Origin: an uncultured Lachnospiraceae bacterium
Lineage (GTDB): Bacteria; Bacillota; Clostridia; Lachnospirales; Lachnospiraceae
DNA: 30,829 nucleotides
NCBI GenBank assembly: GCA_902803355.1
Contig: CADCPP010000141.1
Location: 1-30,829, forward strand
Reading direction: 5' to 3'
Shown piece by piece: positions 15,655 to 25,088 of the stretch. The position numbers were made by a program, and so were the translations under genes. The notes beneath the pieces were generated by a model. That model was given only the letters and a program-made list of their open reading frames with translations, was not told where the DNA came from and did not search any database. How positions within the stretch are numbered: position 1 is the stretch's first letter; each line of letters opens with the position of its first letter.

Positions 15655-17199
15655 TTAATCATCCACTCCTCTCAGCGAAGGATTGAAGGCATCGCGCAGG
15701 CCGTTGCCGAAGAGGTTGAATGCGATCAGCAGCAGCGCGAAATACATGGCCGGGAAGAACATGGCGTGCGGTGAGCTCGTCATGGAGGTCTGGCCCTGGC
15801 TCATCAGGGTGCCCAGGCTCGTTCCCGCAAAGTCCGCGATATTGACGATGCCGAGGTAGGTCAGGGTGGTCTCGGAACGGATGACGCCCGGGATGGTCAG
15901 CGCGCAGCTCGTGATGATAGTGCCGATAGCGTTCGGGAAGATGTGCTTGAACATCAGCCGCCAGTCGGAAGCACCGAGCGTGCGGGCTGCCATGACGAAT
16001 TCCTGGCTCTTGAAACGGTAGAACTGTTTCCGGACCAGAGCCGCCATGCCGATCCAGCCTGTCAGCACGAAGGCAAAGAGGAAAGAAGGCACAACGCCCA
16101 CCTTCGGCGCCAGGTGCAGCTGGAACAGGGTCGAAACGACGATGAAAGGCACTTCATACAGAATATCCGCGATACGGTCCATGATCATGTCGACCGCGCC
16201 GCCGTAATAGCCCTGGATGGCGCCGTAGACGGCACCGATCGTCAGGTTGATCACGGAGACGAGCAGCGCGAAGATGATGGAGAAGCGGGAGCCTATGCCG
16301 ATGGCGCAGAACAGATCCATGCCCATGGAGTTGGTCCCCATGATGTACATGGGTTCATGACCGTTCACATAGGTATAGTAGTTGTAGTAGCATACACGGC
16401 ACTGCACGGCGCCGGACTTCTGCATGCTGTAGATCCAGTTGCCGGGGTCGTTTTCCAGCCGTTTGCTGTGATAAGGGGCGCCTTCCTTGGCCGTATTGGT
16501 GGAATAGGCCGGGATGAAGTTTCCTTCCTTATCATATTTCGGCGTGCCCTTGTTGTCCGAGACCTGATACCAGACGTTCGCGCTCGTGATGTCCTTGATG
16601 TCCTTGGCTTCCACGAAGGGATAGATGACCTGGATACCGGTCTCGTCCTGCCATTTCTGGATATCCTCGAATTCCTGGAACGATAAGACACGGAAGATCA
16701 TGCCCTGTTCATAGTACTTGTTGGTCTGGATCTTGTAGGTCTTTGTGATCCTTTCCTTGCCGCGGTAGAGCGATACGGTCTCCGTGGTCTCCAGGATCTT
16801 TAACAGCGGATCGTAGCCGGTCTCAATGGCAACGGCCTTCCACTGCGCCATGGCCGCCTCATTCTGCGAGGCATGCACGGCAGCGCCGTCAAAAATGCCT
16901 ATCTTCTTTTCCGCGATGGAACGGATATAAGGCGGATAGTTGACGTAATACTTGTCCTGGTCCCTTACCGTATACTTTGACAGGATGGGGGACAGAAGGG
17001 AAAACAGCAGCAGGAAGAAAATGATCCAGGCACCGATCACGGACGCCCTGTTCTTTCTGAAGCGCACAAGAGCATCGGCAAAGTAGCCGCGCGCCTTGGT
17101 CTCCAGCTTCGTATCGTGAAGGGTCTCGTCCTGCTGCGCAAGTTCAAACATTTCCTTCGGAATATCTTCGTAAATATTTTTCGTTGCTTCGTTCATCAT
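15655..17199 (-). CDS. oppC: Oligopeptide ABC permease OppC with a large extracytoplasmic insert
   Basis: YFADALVRFRKNRAS, MGTNSMGMDLF, EAA-loop QEFVMAARTLGAS...KHIFPN, GNGLRDAFNP. ATGA overlap with oppB. Confidence 0.9.
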   Translation of the reverse strand: MMNEATKNIYEDIPKEMFELAQQDETLHDTKLETKARGYFADALVRFRKNRASVIGAWIIFFLLLFSLLSPILSKYTVRDQDKYYVNYPPYIRSIAEKKIGIFDGAAVHASQNEAAMAQWKAVAIETGYDPLLKILETTETVSLYRGKERITKTYKIQTNKYYEQGMIFRVLSFQEFEDIQKWQDETGIQVIYPFVEAKDIKDITSANVWYQVSDNKGTPKYDKEGNFIPAYSTNTAKEGAPYHSKRLENDPGNWIYSMQKSGAVQCRVCYYNYYTYVNGHEPMYIMGTNSMGMDLFCAIGIGSRFSIIFALLVSVINLTIGAVYGAIQGYYGGAVDMIMDRIADILYEVPFIVVSTLFQLHLAPKVGVVPSFLFAFVLTGWIGMAALVRKQFYRFKSQEFVMAARTLGASDWRLMFKHIFPNAIGTIITSCALTIPGVIRSETTLTYLGIVNIADFAGTSLGTLMSQGQTSMTSSPHAMFFPAMYFALLLIAFNLFGNGLRDAFNPSLRGVDD

Positions 17200-18149
17200 T
17201 TTTTGGACCCCATGCGGATACGAGGATCGATAAAGCCGTAGCTGATATCGACCACGATGGCAGCCACCAGACCGATCGCGGTATAGAACACGGTCAGCAG
17301 CATGAATAAAGGATAATCCCGTCCGTTGATGGAGTTCAGATAGAGCTGGCCAACACCGGGTACCGAGAAGAGTTTTTCAATAATAAGCGAGCCGCCGATG
17401 ATCGAGATGAATTCCCCGAAGATGGACGGGACGATGACCACCATGCAGTTTTTCAGGGCATGCCGGACGGTAGCCTGCACCTTGGTCAGACCTTTGGTCC
17501 GCGCCAGCAGCATGAATTCGCTGGTCAGCACTTCCGTCAGCTCTGCGCGGGTGGTACGCGTAAAGCCTGCGATGACGCCCAGAGAAAGGGACAGCACCGC
17601 GGGAATCATACTGACGAACATGGGCCACGAGAACCAGTCTGTTCCCTCTTTCATCAGGAAGGGGAACCAGCCCAGCTTGAAGGCCAGGAAATACTGGATC
17701 AGGAAGGCATAAACGAAACTCGGCACCGAGATCAGTGCCATGGTGAGCGTGGAGATGGTATCATCCACCCACGTATTCTTTCGCAGGGCAGCCCATATGC
17801 CCAGCGCTATGCCTATGGGTATGCTGAGTATGATCGAATAGAAGTTCACGATCATGGTGGCCGGCAGCTTGCTCACGAAGATCGCGAACACGTCCTGACC
17901 AAAGTACAGCACGTCCGAAACACCCCAGTCACCCTTTGTGAAGACATTCTTCAGAAAGATGCCGAACTGTTCCAGATAAGGTTTATTGTATCCGAGCGCT
18001 TCTCTTCTGGCTTCAACGATCTTGGTATGCGGATCTCCCGGCGGAAGTTCGGCGGGAGGCAGCATCCTGACCAGCACGAAGCACATCAGCGTGATGATGA
18101 ACAGCGTGAAGACCATGAAGATCAGACGCTTGATGACGTATTTGCCCAT
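17196..18149 (-). CDS. oppB: Oligopeptide ABC permease OppB
   Basis: MGKYVIKRL, LGYNKPYLEQF, GDWGVS, EVLTSEFMLLARTKGL...RHALKN, EKLFSVPGVG, DPRIR. Confidence 0.93.
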   Translation of the reverse strand: MGKYVIKRLIFMVFTLFIITLMCFVLVRMLPPAELPPGDPHTKIVEARREALGYNKPYLEQFGIFLKNVFTKGDWGVSDVLYFGQDVFAIFVSKLPATMIVNFYSIILSIPIGIALGIWAALRKNTWVDDTISTLTMALISVPSFVYAFLIQYFLAFKLGWFPFLMKEGTDWFSWPMFVSMIPAVLSLSLGVIAGFTRTTRAELTEVLTSEFMLLARTKGLTKVQATVRHALKNCMVVIVPSIFGEFISIIGGSLIIEKLFSVPGVGQLYLNSINGRDYPLFMLLTVFYTAIGLVAAIVVDISYGFIDPRIRMGSKK

Positions 18150-18184
18150 GTCATCCTCTCCTAATCAGTTCTTGAACGGACCGT

Positions 18185-18250
18185 GGCGCGCGGAAGCGCC
18201 GCAGCTCATATGCGAAAGTGCGGAGCCGGTCGCCCGGCTCCGCAGCTGCC
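18185..18250 (-). promoter_or_regulatory. Stem-loops between oppA and oppB (likely mRNA stabilisation/processing)
   Basis: 11-bp perfect stem TGCGGAGCCGG(18219-18229)/CCGGCTCCGCA(18234-18244); GGCGC/GCGCC stem at 18185-18200. No U-tract. Confidence 0.55.
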
Positions 18251-18266
18251 AGCTGGTCGCTGGTAA

Positions 18267-20801
18267 TTAATACTTCAGCTCGCCGCCCTGGGACGCCACA
18301 TAGGCTTCCCACTCAGCTTCGTTGTAGTTGTACTTCATGTACTGGATACCGCCGCGGCTCATGACCGGGTTGTATTCGTCGATGACGTAGTACACCTGCT
18401 GAGACAGAAGAGCCATGGAGCCGTCCTGCAGCATGGGCAGATAGTCATAGGTGCCGAGGAACTTGGTTTCCAGAGCAGCCAGGATGTCCAGACGGGTCTC
18501 AACATCCGCACGGCCGGAACCGAAGCAGTATTCCTTGTCACCGATGGTGATGGTGGCGCCGTTCAGGGCGTCAGACCAGTTCTTGATGTTGGTGGTCAGC
18601 TCTTCGCCGTCAATGGTCAGGGTCATTTCCACGGTGGTGGCATCGAACCACTGAGCATCGTACTGATAGCTCGGGTTGACGTACAGATCGGTCAGGGAGA
18701 ACGGGTTCAGCAGAGAGCCGTTCCAGCCGCCCAGAACGGTATCGGCCATGCCCTGTTTGATCTTGGTGGACCAGTCATTGCCGTAAGGAGCGGACTTCAC
18801 GAATACGATCTTGCCGTCAAAGGCGGTGCCGGCCGTAACTTCGTTCATCTTCTCGTTCAGGTAGTTGATGGTCTTGGTCATGAAGTCGGAATCGGAGCTT
18901 AAGGAGTATTCGATCTGGATCGTCTGATCGCAGACGCCGTCCTTATCCTCGTCGGTGATATAGCCGAGTTCAAGAGCTTCCTTGAAGGCCTCGTTGTAGA
19001 GGGTCTTCGCGGTCTCAGGGTCATAACCGGTGATGGAATCTACAGCATCGTCAAGGCTGGCGAACTTGGTCGTGTCGACGGAATAGAAATCGCACAGAGC
19101 CTTCTTGGCCTGGTCGGTGTCGCGATAGCGGGAACCGGATTCAGGATCGTACAGATAGGAGATGCCGATGATGCCGAAGCCGCCGGAACGGGCCGGGGAA
19201 ATGGTAGCCGCAAAGAGGTCTTTGTCGTAGGTGACGGCGACAGCCTTGCGGAAGTTCAGCACGGTCAGGGTCTGCAGATCGTACTTGGTGGTATCGAAGC
19301 CTTCGGAAGCTTCACGCTGTTCGATGGCTTTCTTGTGACCGTTCAGGATCAGGAAGAAAATAGTGGAGCCGGGGGTGGCGTAGCAGTAGTCGGAGCTGCG
19401 GTAGGTATCGAAGTCTTCCGACTGCAGGCCGTAGCCCATCAGCTGGCCCTTCAGGAACATCAGCTTGCGGGTGGCAGCTTCTTCCACGACCTGGGTATCG
19501 ATCGCGGTGGTCTGATACATGGTGTAGGTCTCACCGTCTTCCGGATCGACATAGGTGTGCTTGCCGTCAGTCCAGCCGTACCAGTTTTCGTTCCTTTCGA
19601 AACGCATGTGCTTGTCAGCCTGGTAGTCGGTCATGACGTAAGGGCCGTAGGAGACGGAGGTCTCAAGGCTGGTGCAGTAGGTGTTGGTCCAGACGCCTTC
19701 CTTTTCGGTCAGGCACTTGTCGTACAGGTCGACCTTGACGATCCAGTTGCCGGACAGGTTGTACAGAAGGTTGAAGCCCGCAAGGGACTTGCCGAACACG
19801 AGGGTGATCTCATAGTCGCCGGTCTTGTAGCAGCCGACGGTCTTGTCATAGTCAAGGCCGGTGGCATATTCGCCGGTGATGGTGTACAGTTCATCAGGGG
19901 ACATAGACTCATATTCGGCGCCAGCGCCAAGATAAGAATCGTACAGTTCCTTGCCGCTGAACGCGTCGTCAACGTTCTCGCCGTAAACGGTCTCGTCCAG
20001 AACGGAGACGTACTGAGGCAGGCTGTTGCCGTCAGCATCGGTATAGCTGGCATCGGAATTCCAGAAATCGTAAGCGTCAACATACAGGTCTTCGACCTTG
20101 CCGCCCTTTTCCAGGAACTCAGTGGTCGTGACGCCGATCGCGGTGTATTCCTTCTGGCCCTGCAGGGCGAAGTTCTCGGCACCAGCGATGCACAGGTCAC
20201 CCGCATAGTAGTCGGTGGCGCGGTAGTTGAGGAGCTTCGGATCAAGCAGACGCTTCATGGATTCCACGTAGGTGTCCGCGTTGATCGCGGTGCCGTCGGA
20301 CCATTTCGCATCCTTGTTCAGGGCGATCTTGTAGGCATAGCCTTCGGTCGCATCGGCAGGGATGTTGAATTCGGGACGGGCAGCCTTGACATCGGCGGTC
20401 ACATCGACGGGCATCTCAGCAGCCATTTCCGGAACGATGACATAGCCTTCGAAGGGTTCCTTGCCTTCCAGCGGATGAGATTCATCGTTGAAGAAGAAGG
20501 AATAAAGACCCATGTACAGGAAATCGGTCGGATAGGACTCGTCCGTGGTCTGATAGGTGTGAGGGTTCCAGTTCGTGGACAGCGTGGTTACAGAATCCTT
20601 GTACACGTAATCCGCGGGCTTTTCCGGCTCGGGAGCTTCCGTGGTCGCCGGTTCGGTTGCGGCCGGAGTAGACTCAACGGGAGCCTTGGTTGTGGTCTCT
20701 TGCTTGGTGGGCGCAGCCGTGCTCTGTTCAGGCTGTCCGCCGCAGGCGGCCAGAGAAAGAGCCATGGCCAGTGCGCACACAAGTGCCAACAGTTTCTTCA
20801 T
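18267..20801 (-). CDS. oppA: Oligopeptide-binding lipoprotein OppA, 844 aa, with an acidic internal insert
   Basis: Lipobox LAAC, T/E/A/P linker, NWNPH, LNKDAKWSDGTAINADTY, SYGPY, NFRKAVA, GGWNGS. SD AAGGAGG at 20809-20815. Confidence 0.9.
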   Translation of the reverse strand: MKKLLALVCALAMALSLAACGGQPEQSTAAPTKQETTTKAPVESTPAATEPATTEAPEPEKPADYVYKDSVTTLSTNWNPHTYQTTDESYPTDFLYMGLYSFFFNDESHPLEGKEPFEGYVIVPEMAAEMPVDVTADVKAARPEFNIPADATEGYAYKIALNKDAKWSDGTAINADTYVESMKRLLDPKLLNYRATDYYAGDLCIAGAENFALQGQKEYTAIGVTTTEFLEKGGKVEDLYVDAYDFWNSDASYTDADGNSLPQYVSVLDETVYGENVDDAFSGKELYDSYLGAGAEYESMSPDELYTITGEYATGLDYDKTVGCYKTGDYEITLVFGKSLAGFNLLYNLSGNWIVKVDLYDKCLTEKEGVWTNTYCTSLETSVSYGPYVMTDYQADKHMRFERNENWYGWTDGKHTYVDPEDGETYTMYQTTAIDTQVVEEAATRKLMFLKGQLMGYGLQSEDFDTYRSSDYCYATPGSTIFFLILNGHKKAIEQREASEGFDTTKYDLQTLTVLNFRKAVAVTYDKDLFAATISPARSGGFGIIGISYLYDPESGSRYRDTDQAKKALCDFYSVDTTKFASLDDAVDSITGYDPETAKTLYNEAFKEALELGYITDEDKDGVCDQTIQIEYSLSSDSDFMTKTINYLNEKMNEVTAGTAFDGKIVFVKSAPYGNDWSTKIKQGMADTVLGGWNGSLLNPFSLTDLYVNPSYQYDAQWFDATTVEMTLTIDGEELTTNIKNWSDALNGATITIGDKEYCFGSGRADVETRLDILAALETKFLGTYDYLPMLQDGSMALLSQQVYYVIDEYNPVMSRGGIQYMKYNYNEAEWEAYVASQGGELKY

Positions 20802-20880
20802 ACAGTTTCCTCCTTAGTTTGTTTTGGCGCCGGCGCCGGGAAGATGCCTGCGCCAGTTACTCCATTAATTCGGGTATTTT

Positions 20881-20909
20881 ATTCTATATTTTTTTTAAAA
20901 AAAATGCAA
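20881..20909 (-). promoter_or_regulatory. Sigma-A promoter of the oppABCDF-DUF3899 operon
   Basis: Minus strand TTGCAT (20909-20904), 17 nt spacer, TAGAAT (20886-20881). The spacer is almost entirely T8A8. Confidence 0.7.
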
Positions 20910-21065
20910 GTATGATTTATTCAGATTTCCAATTCTTTTTATAACAGTAAATCCCCAAAGCCCTGCATATTATTCTTTTTTCTTTAATATTCTTCGGAAC
21001 GGGGAAGATGTCCCCGGGCAGCGCGCTTGTTTCCGAAGCTAAAGCATGCGGCGGAGCGCTTTCCC

Positions 21066-21094
21066 TTGCAATTTTTCCGCCTTCCCGCTACAAT
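21066..21094 (+). promoter_or_regulatory. Sigma-A promoter of the EEP gene (and possibly the downstream genes)
   Basis: TTGCAA (21066-21071), 17 nt spacer, TACAAT (21089-21094). Confidence 0.75.
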
Positions 21095-21141
21095 GGATGC
21101 GGCGCGGGATCATTGATTTCTCGCACAGGAGGCAGGTCAAT

Positions 21142-22245
21142 ATGGAGAGAAAACATTTATCCCCCGGGAAAAAGGTCCTTCGCGGCGTCCTGTGGGCGCT
21201 GCTTGCTCTGGTCCTGATCGCGGCAGGCTATGTTGCCTACGTGTTTATTGCCTATCACCGGATCGGGGATCAGCCACTCTCTGCCGAAAACGCGGCGGGG
21301 AATAACGCCGTCACCGCTTCGGTCCCCCGGAACACCGAGCTGACCGTGACCAGCTGGAATATCGGCTTCGGTGCCTACGAATCGGACTATGGCTTCTTTA
21401 TGGACGGCGGGCACGAATCCTGGGCCTGGTCGAAAGATAGGCTTAACACAAACCTGAATGAGATCGGCAGACTGCTGGCATCGCAGAACAGCAATTTCTA
21501 CCTGATCCAGGAAGTGGATATGGATGCCACCCGCAGCTATCACGTTGACGAGCGGGAAGTTCTGGCCTCCGCGCTGCCGTCCCTCGGCTATACCTGGGCG
21601 CAGAACTATGATTCGCCCTTCCTCTTCTATCCTTTCTATCAGCCTCACGGGGCGTCAAAGTCCTGCCTGATGACCTTCTCGCGGGCTAAGATCACGGAAG
21701 GCATGCGTGTGGAGCTTCCTGTTGAGAGCGGCTTTACCAAGCTTCTTGATCTTGACCGCTGCTACTCGCGGCAGTATATCCCGGTCGAAAACGGAAAAAC
21801 TCTTGTCCTTTACAACCTGCATCTGTCCGCCTATACTTCGGACGGGACCATCGCGACCGAGCAGCTGAATCTCCTGCTTGCCGATATGCAGACTGAGTAT
21901 GAGAAAGGCAATTACTGCATAGCCGGCGGCGATTTCAACAAGGATCTGCTGGGCAATTCCAAAGAGATCTTCCATGTGGAAGCTGCGGATTACAACTGGG
22001 GCCAGCCGATTCCCGAAGGCACATTTGACAAGGTCAATATCTCCCTTGTTGCGCCCTTTGATGCGGCCTCTCCCGTACCCAGCTGCCGCAACGCCGACTC
22101 CGCCTACCACGAGGGGCAGTATGTGCTCACCGTGGACGGCTTTCTGGTTTCGGACAATGTGAACGTCGTGAGCGCCGGCGTGGTCGATACCGGCTTTGCC
22201 TATTCCGACCACAATCCGGTGGAAATGTGCTTTATTCTGGAATAA
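21142..22245 (+). CDS. Membrane-anchored endonuclease/exonuclease/phosphatase (EEP) family protein
   Basis: N-terminal TM anchor; EEP motifs TSWNIG, LIQEVD, YNLHL, IAGGDFN, VDGFL, YSDHNPV. SD AGGAGG at 21127-21132 gives start 21142, not 21046. Confidence 0.88.
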   Translation: MERKHLSPGKKVLRGVLWALLALVLIAAGYVAYVFIAYHRIGDQPLSAENAAGNNAVTASVPRNTELTVTSWNIGFGAYESDYGFFMDGGHESWAWSKDRLNTNLNEIGRLLASQNSNFYLIQEVDMDATRSYHVDEREVLASALPSLGYTWAQNYDSPFLFYPFYQPHGASKSCLMTFSRAKITEGMRVELPVESGFTKLLDLDRCYSRQYIPVENGKTLVLYNLHLSAYTSDGTIATEQLNLLLADMQTEYEKGNYCIAGGDFNKDLLGNSKEIFHVEAADYNWGQPIPEGTFDKVNISLVAPFDAASPVPSCRNADSAYHEGQYVLTVDGFLVSDNVNVVSAGVVDTGFAYSDHNPVEMCFILE

Positions 22246-22332
22246 TCATAAGATCATCGGATCTTCCCCCGGCGGGGCGGGGCCTGACGTGCCGCGCCGG
22301 ATGAGAGACACTTGTACAGGAGCTGAATCATT

Positions 22333-23280
22333 ATGAAAGAAGTTTTTCTGCAGGCGCTGTCTTCGGTCAGCGTGATCCTGCTGCTCACCGTGACCGGATA
22401 CCTCCTCGGTGTGAAGGGCCTGATGGACAAGAGATCCAAAGCCTTCATCAGCAAGCTGCTGATGAGCCTGCTTGTTCCCTTCAACTGCATCAATGGCATC
22501 ATTACCAATCTGACGCGTGAAACGATCAGCCAGTACGGTATATATCTGCTGATCTCGCTCGCAGCCATGGCGCTCAGCAACCTTCTTGCGCTTTTGGTCT
22601 GCAAACTGTTCCGCATCCCCAAAAAAAGGACCGGCCTCTTCATTCACATGGGGGCGAACTCCAACGCGATCTTTATCGGACTCGCGATCTGCCGGGAGCT
22701 TTTCGGTGATGCCTGCGCGCCTTTCGTGATGGTCTTCTATGTGCTGAACTCCTTCTCCATCTGGCTGATCAGTGTGATCGCCGTCCGCTGGTCCTTTGAT
22801 TACGAACGGGAACGCTTCGGCAAGCTTCTGCTCAAGGTCCTCCTCTCTCCGCCCGTGATCGGTGTATCCATCGGCCTTGTTCTGGTCCTGCTGGATATTC
22901 AGCTGCCCACCTTTGCCTCCAGCTTCATCCGCCATCTCAGCAGCATGGTCACGCCGCTCGCCATCATGATGACGGGCTTCATCATTTATGAGCTCGGCCT
23001 GAAGTCGCTGGTCATGGACAAGTCCACGGCGCTGCTCCTGCTCATGCGCTTCGTTCTGGCACCGGGCATTTTCTTCGTCATTTTCAAGATCCTCGGTATG
23101 GAAGGGCTCGGCCCGCAGACGACCATGATCGTTGCCGCGATGCCTGCTCCGACCATGGCCGTAGTGCTCGGCTCACAATACGGCGGAGAAGAAGGCGAGA
23201 AATTCGCCTCCCAGGGCGTCGTCTGGACCACCCTCGCCATGTTCATCGTCACCCCGCTCCTGCGCGTGCTGATCGCGTAA
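22333..23280 (+). CDS. AEC (auxin efflux carrier / membrane transport protein) family transporter
   Basis: About 10 hydrophobic segments, NSNAIFIGLAI, SPPVIG, VTPLAIMMTG, IVAAMPAP..AVVLGSQYG. SD AGGAG at 22318-22322. Confidence 0.85.
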   Translation: MKEVFLQALSSVSVILLLTVTGYLLGVKGLMDKRSKAFISKLLMSLLVPFNCINGIITNLTRETISQYGIYLLISLAAMALSNLLALLVCKLFRIPKKRTGLFIHMGANSNAIFIGLAICRELFGDACAPFVMVFYVLNSFSIWLISVIAVRWSFDYERERFGKLLLKVLLSPPVIGVSIGLVLVLLDIQLPTFASSFIRHLSSMVTPLAIMMTGFIIYELGLKSLVMDKSTALLLLMRFVLAPGIFFVIFKILGMEGLGPQTTMIVAAMPAPTMAVVLGSQYGGEEGEKFASQGVVWTTLAMFIVTPLLRVLIA

Positions 23281-23331
23281 GCCGGCCTCCGTCAGTTCTG
23301 CTGGCGCCTTTTCCTGGGAGAGACTTATCTA

Positions 23332-24147
23332 ATGAATATGCTCAATAAAGAAGATTATGAAGAGCCGCGCTGCCTTCTGGATATGGACCGCAGCGCAGAC
23401 CGTCCCGCCTTCAGCGTTCCGCTTGGCCGCGTTATTGAAAAGCTGGACGAATACCTGGGCAGAAACGACTGGCCCGGTGCCGAGAGGCATCTGAAATACT
23501 GGCTTGCCGAAGCAAAGGCAGGCAGAGACAGGCGCGGCGAGCTGGCTATCCGCAATGAGATGATGGGCTACTACCGCAAATCCTCCCGCGAGGAACAGGC
23601 CCGTGAGGCCATGAGCGAGGCCCTGCGTCTTCTGGATGAGCTCGGCATGACGGAAAACATCATCGCCGGGACTACCTATGTGAATGCCGCGACCGTCTGC
23701 AAGAGCTTCGGTCATGCGGATGAAGCCCTGCCCTGGTTTGAAAAGGCCCGTGCCCTCTATGAAAAGGAGCTTCCGGAAAGCGACGGGCGCCTGGGCGGAC
23801 TGTACAACAACATGGCCCTTGCCCTGGCCGACCTTAAGCGTTACCCCGAGGCAGAATCTTACTACCGGAAGGCGCTCGAAACCATGAAAAAAGTTCCCGG
23901 CAGCGAACTGGAACAGGCCATCACCTGGCTGAACCTGGCCGATCTGATCTACGAGCAGGACGAAAATGCCGATGTGAATGAAATGCTGGAAACGGCGGAA
24001 GCGCTCCTCAAGACCGAGAGCCTGCCGCGGAACGGCTACTATGCCTTCGTCTGCAAAAGCTGCGCGCCGGGCTTTGATTTTTACGGATGGTTCATGACAG
24101 CAAAGGAGCTGCGGGAAGCCGCAGAAAAGATCTATGCAGGGACTTGA
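23332..24147 (+). CDS. Tetratricopeptide-repeat (TPR) protein
   Basis: Consecutive TPR-like units, e.g. TTYVNAA...EALPWFEKARALY, GLYNNMA...EAESYYRKAL, AITWLNLA. No HTH seen. Confidence 0.85.
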   Translation: MNMLNKEDYEEPRCLLDMDRSADRPAFSVPLGRVIEKLDEYLGRNDWPGAERHLKYWLAEAKAGRDRRGELAIRNEMMGYYRKSSREEQAREAMSEALRLLDELGMTENIIAGTTYVNAATVCKSFGHADEALPWFEKARALYEKELPESDGRLGGLYNNMALALADLKRYPEAESYYRKALETMKKVPGSELEQAITWLNLADLIYEQDENADVNEMLETAEALLKTESLPRNGYYAFVCKSCAPGFDFYGWFMTAKELREAAEKIYAGT

Positions 24148-25078
24148 ACTGGCAAGAAGATATTATGAAGAATACGGCGCTCCCATGCTGCATGAGCAGT
24201 TCCCGGAGATCGAAGGACTGATCGCCGCAGGTCTCTGCGGAAGCGGGAGCGAATGCCTGGGCTTCGACGATGAGGTCTCGCAGGACCACGATTTTGAAGC
24301 GGGCTTCTGCCTCTTTCTGCCCGGCGAGGACGTGATCGACCGCCAGACCGCCTTCCGGCTGGAGCGCGCCTACGCAAAGCTCCCGAAGGAGTTCATGGGT
24401 GTGAAAAAAAGCCTCATCTCTCCTGCCGGCGGAAGCCGCCACGGCGTGATCCGGATGAATGAGTTCTTCCTGGCAAAGACCGGAAATGCCGAGGGGATCC
24501 TGCGCGGCTATGGCTGGTTCCGCGTGCCTGAGCAAAGCCTTCTGGAAGCAGTAAACGGTCAGATCTGGCGGGATGATTCCGGCGTCTTCAGCGCCAGGCG
24601 GGAAGCCCTCCGCCGGATGCCGGAGGACGTGCGCCTGAAGAAGCTTACCGGTGAGCTCGCCACCATGGCACAGGCAGGCCAGTACAATTATCTGCGCTGC
24701 CTGGACCACGGCGAGGAAGGCGCGGCGCAGCTTTCCGCGATCAGCTTCGCGCAGGCGGCGATCCATGTGGTTTTTCTTCTGAACCGCAGATTCATGCCCT
24801 ATTACAAGTGGCAGTTCCGCGCCATGCGGAGCCTTCCGAAGCTCTCTGGCCTTGAGAGCGCCCTCGCCGGTCTCATCGGCGGCGGCAGCGGCGCCGGCGA
24901 GATGATGGAAAAATATGCCACGATCGAAAACATCGCCTCCGCCGTGATCGAAGAACTGCAGGAGCAGAGTATCAGCGAAGCCGTCTGTGGCGATTTGTCG
25001 AAGCATGCAAATTCGGTCAACGATCACGTGGCCGATCCCGCTCTGCGGAACGAGGACATTTTTTTCGGAGCAGGGTGA
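24134..25078 (+). CDS. DUF4037-containing nucleotidyltransferase-like protein
   Basis: N-terminal GS-x11-DHD (GSECLGFDDEVSQDHD), helical C-terminus with FLLNRRFMPYYKW. Overlaps the TPR gene by 14 nt. Confidence 0.8.
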   Translation: MQGLELARRYYEEYGAPMLHEQFPEIEGLIAAGLCGSGSECLGFDDEVSQDHDFEAGFCLFLPGEDVIDRQTAFRLERAYAKLPKEFMGVKKSLISPAGGSRHGVIRMNEFFLAKTGNAEGILRGYGWFRVPEQSLLEAVNGQIWRDDSGVFSARREALRRMPEDVRLKKLTGELATMAQAGQYNYLRCLDHGEEGAAQLSAISFAQAAIHVVFLLNRRFMPYYKWQFRAMRSLPKLSGLESALAGLIGGGSGAGEMMEKYATIENIASAVIEELQEQSISEAVCGDLSKHANSVNDHVADPALRNEDIFFGAG

Positions 25079-25088
25079 CGAGCACAGC

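Noticed and set aside
20910-20945. CodY-like box upstream of the opp operons (also examined at 11230-11260)
   Set aside because: Best alignments to AATTTTCWGAAAATT have about six or more mismatches, which is not distinguishable from AT-rich background.
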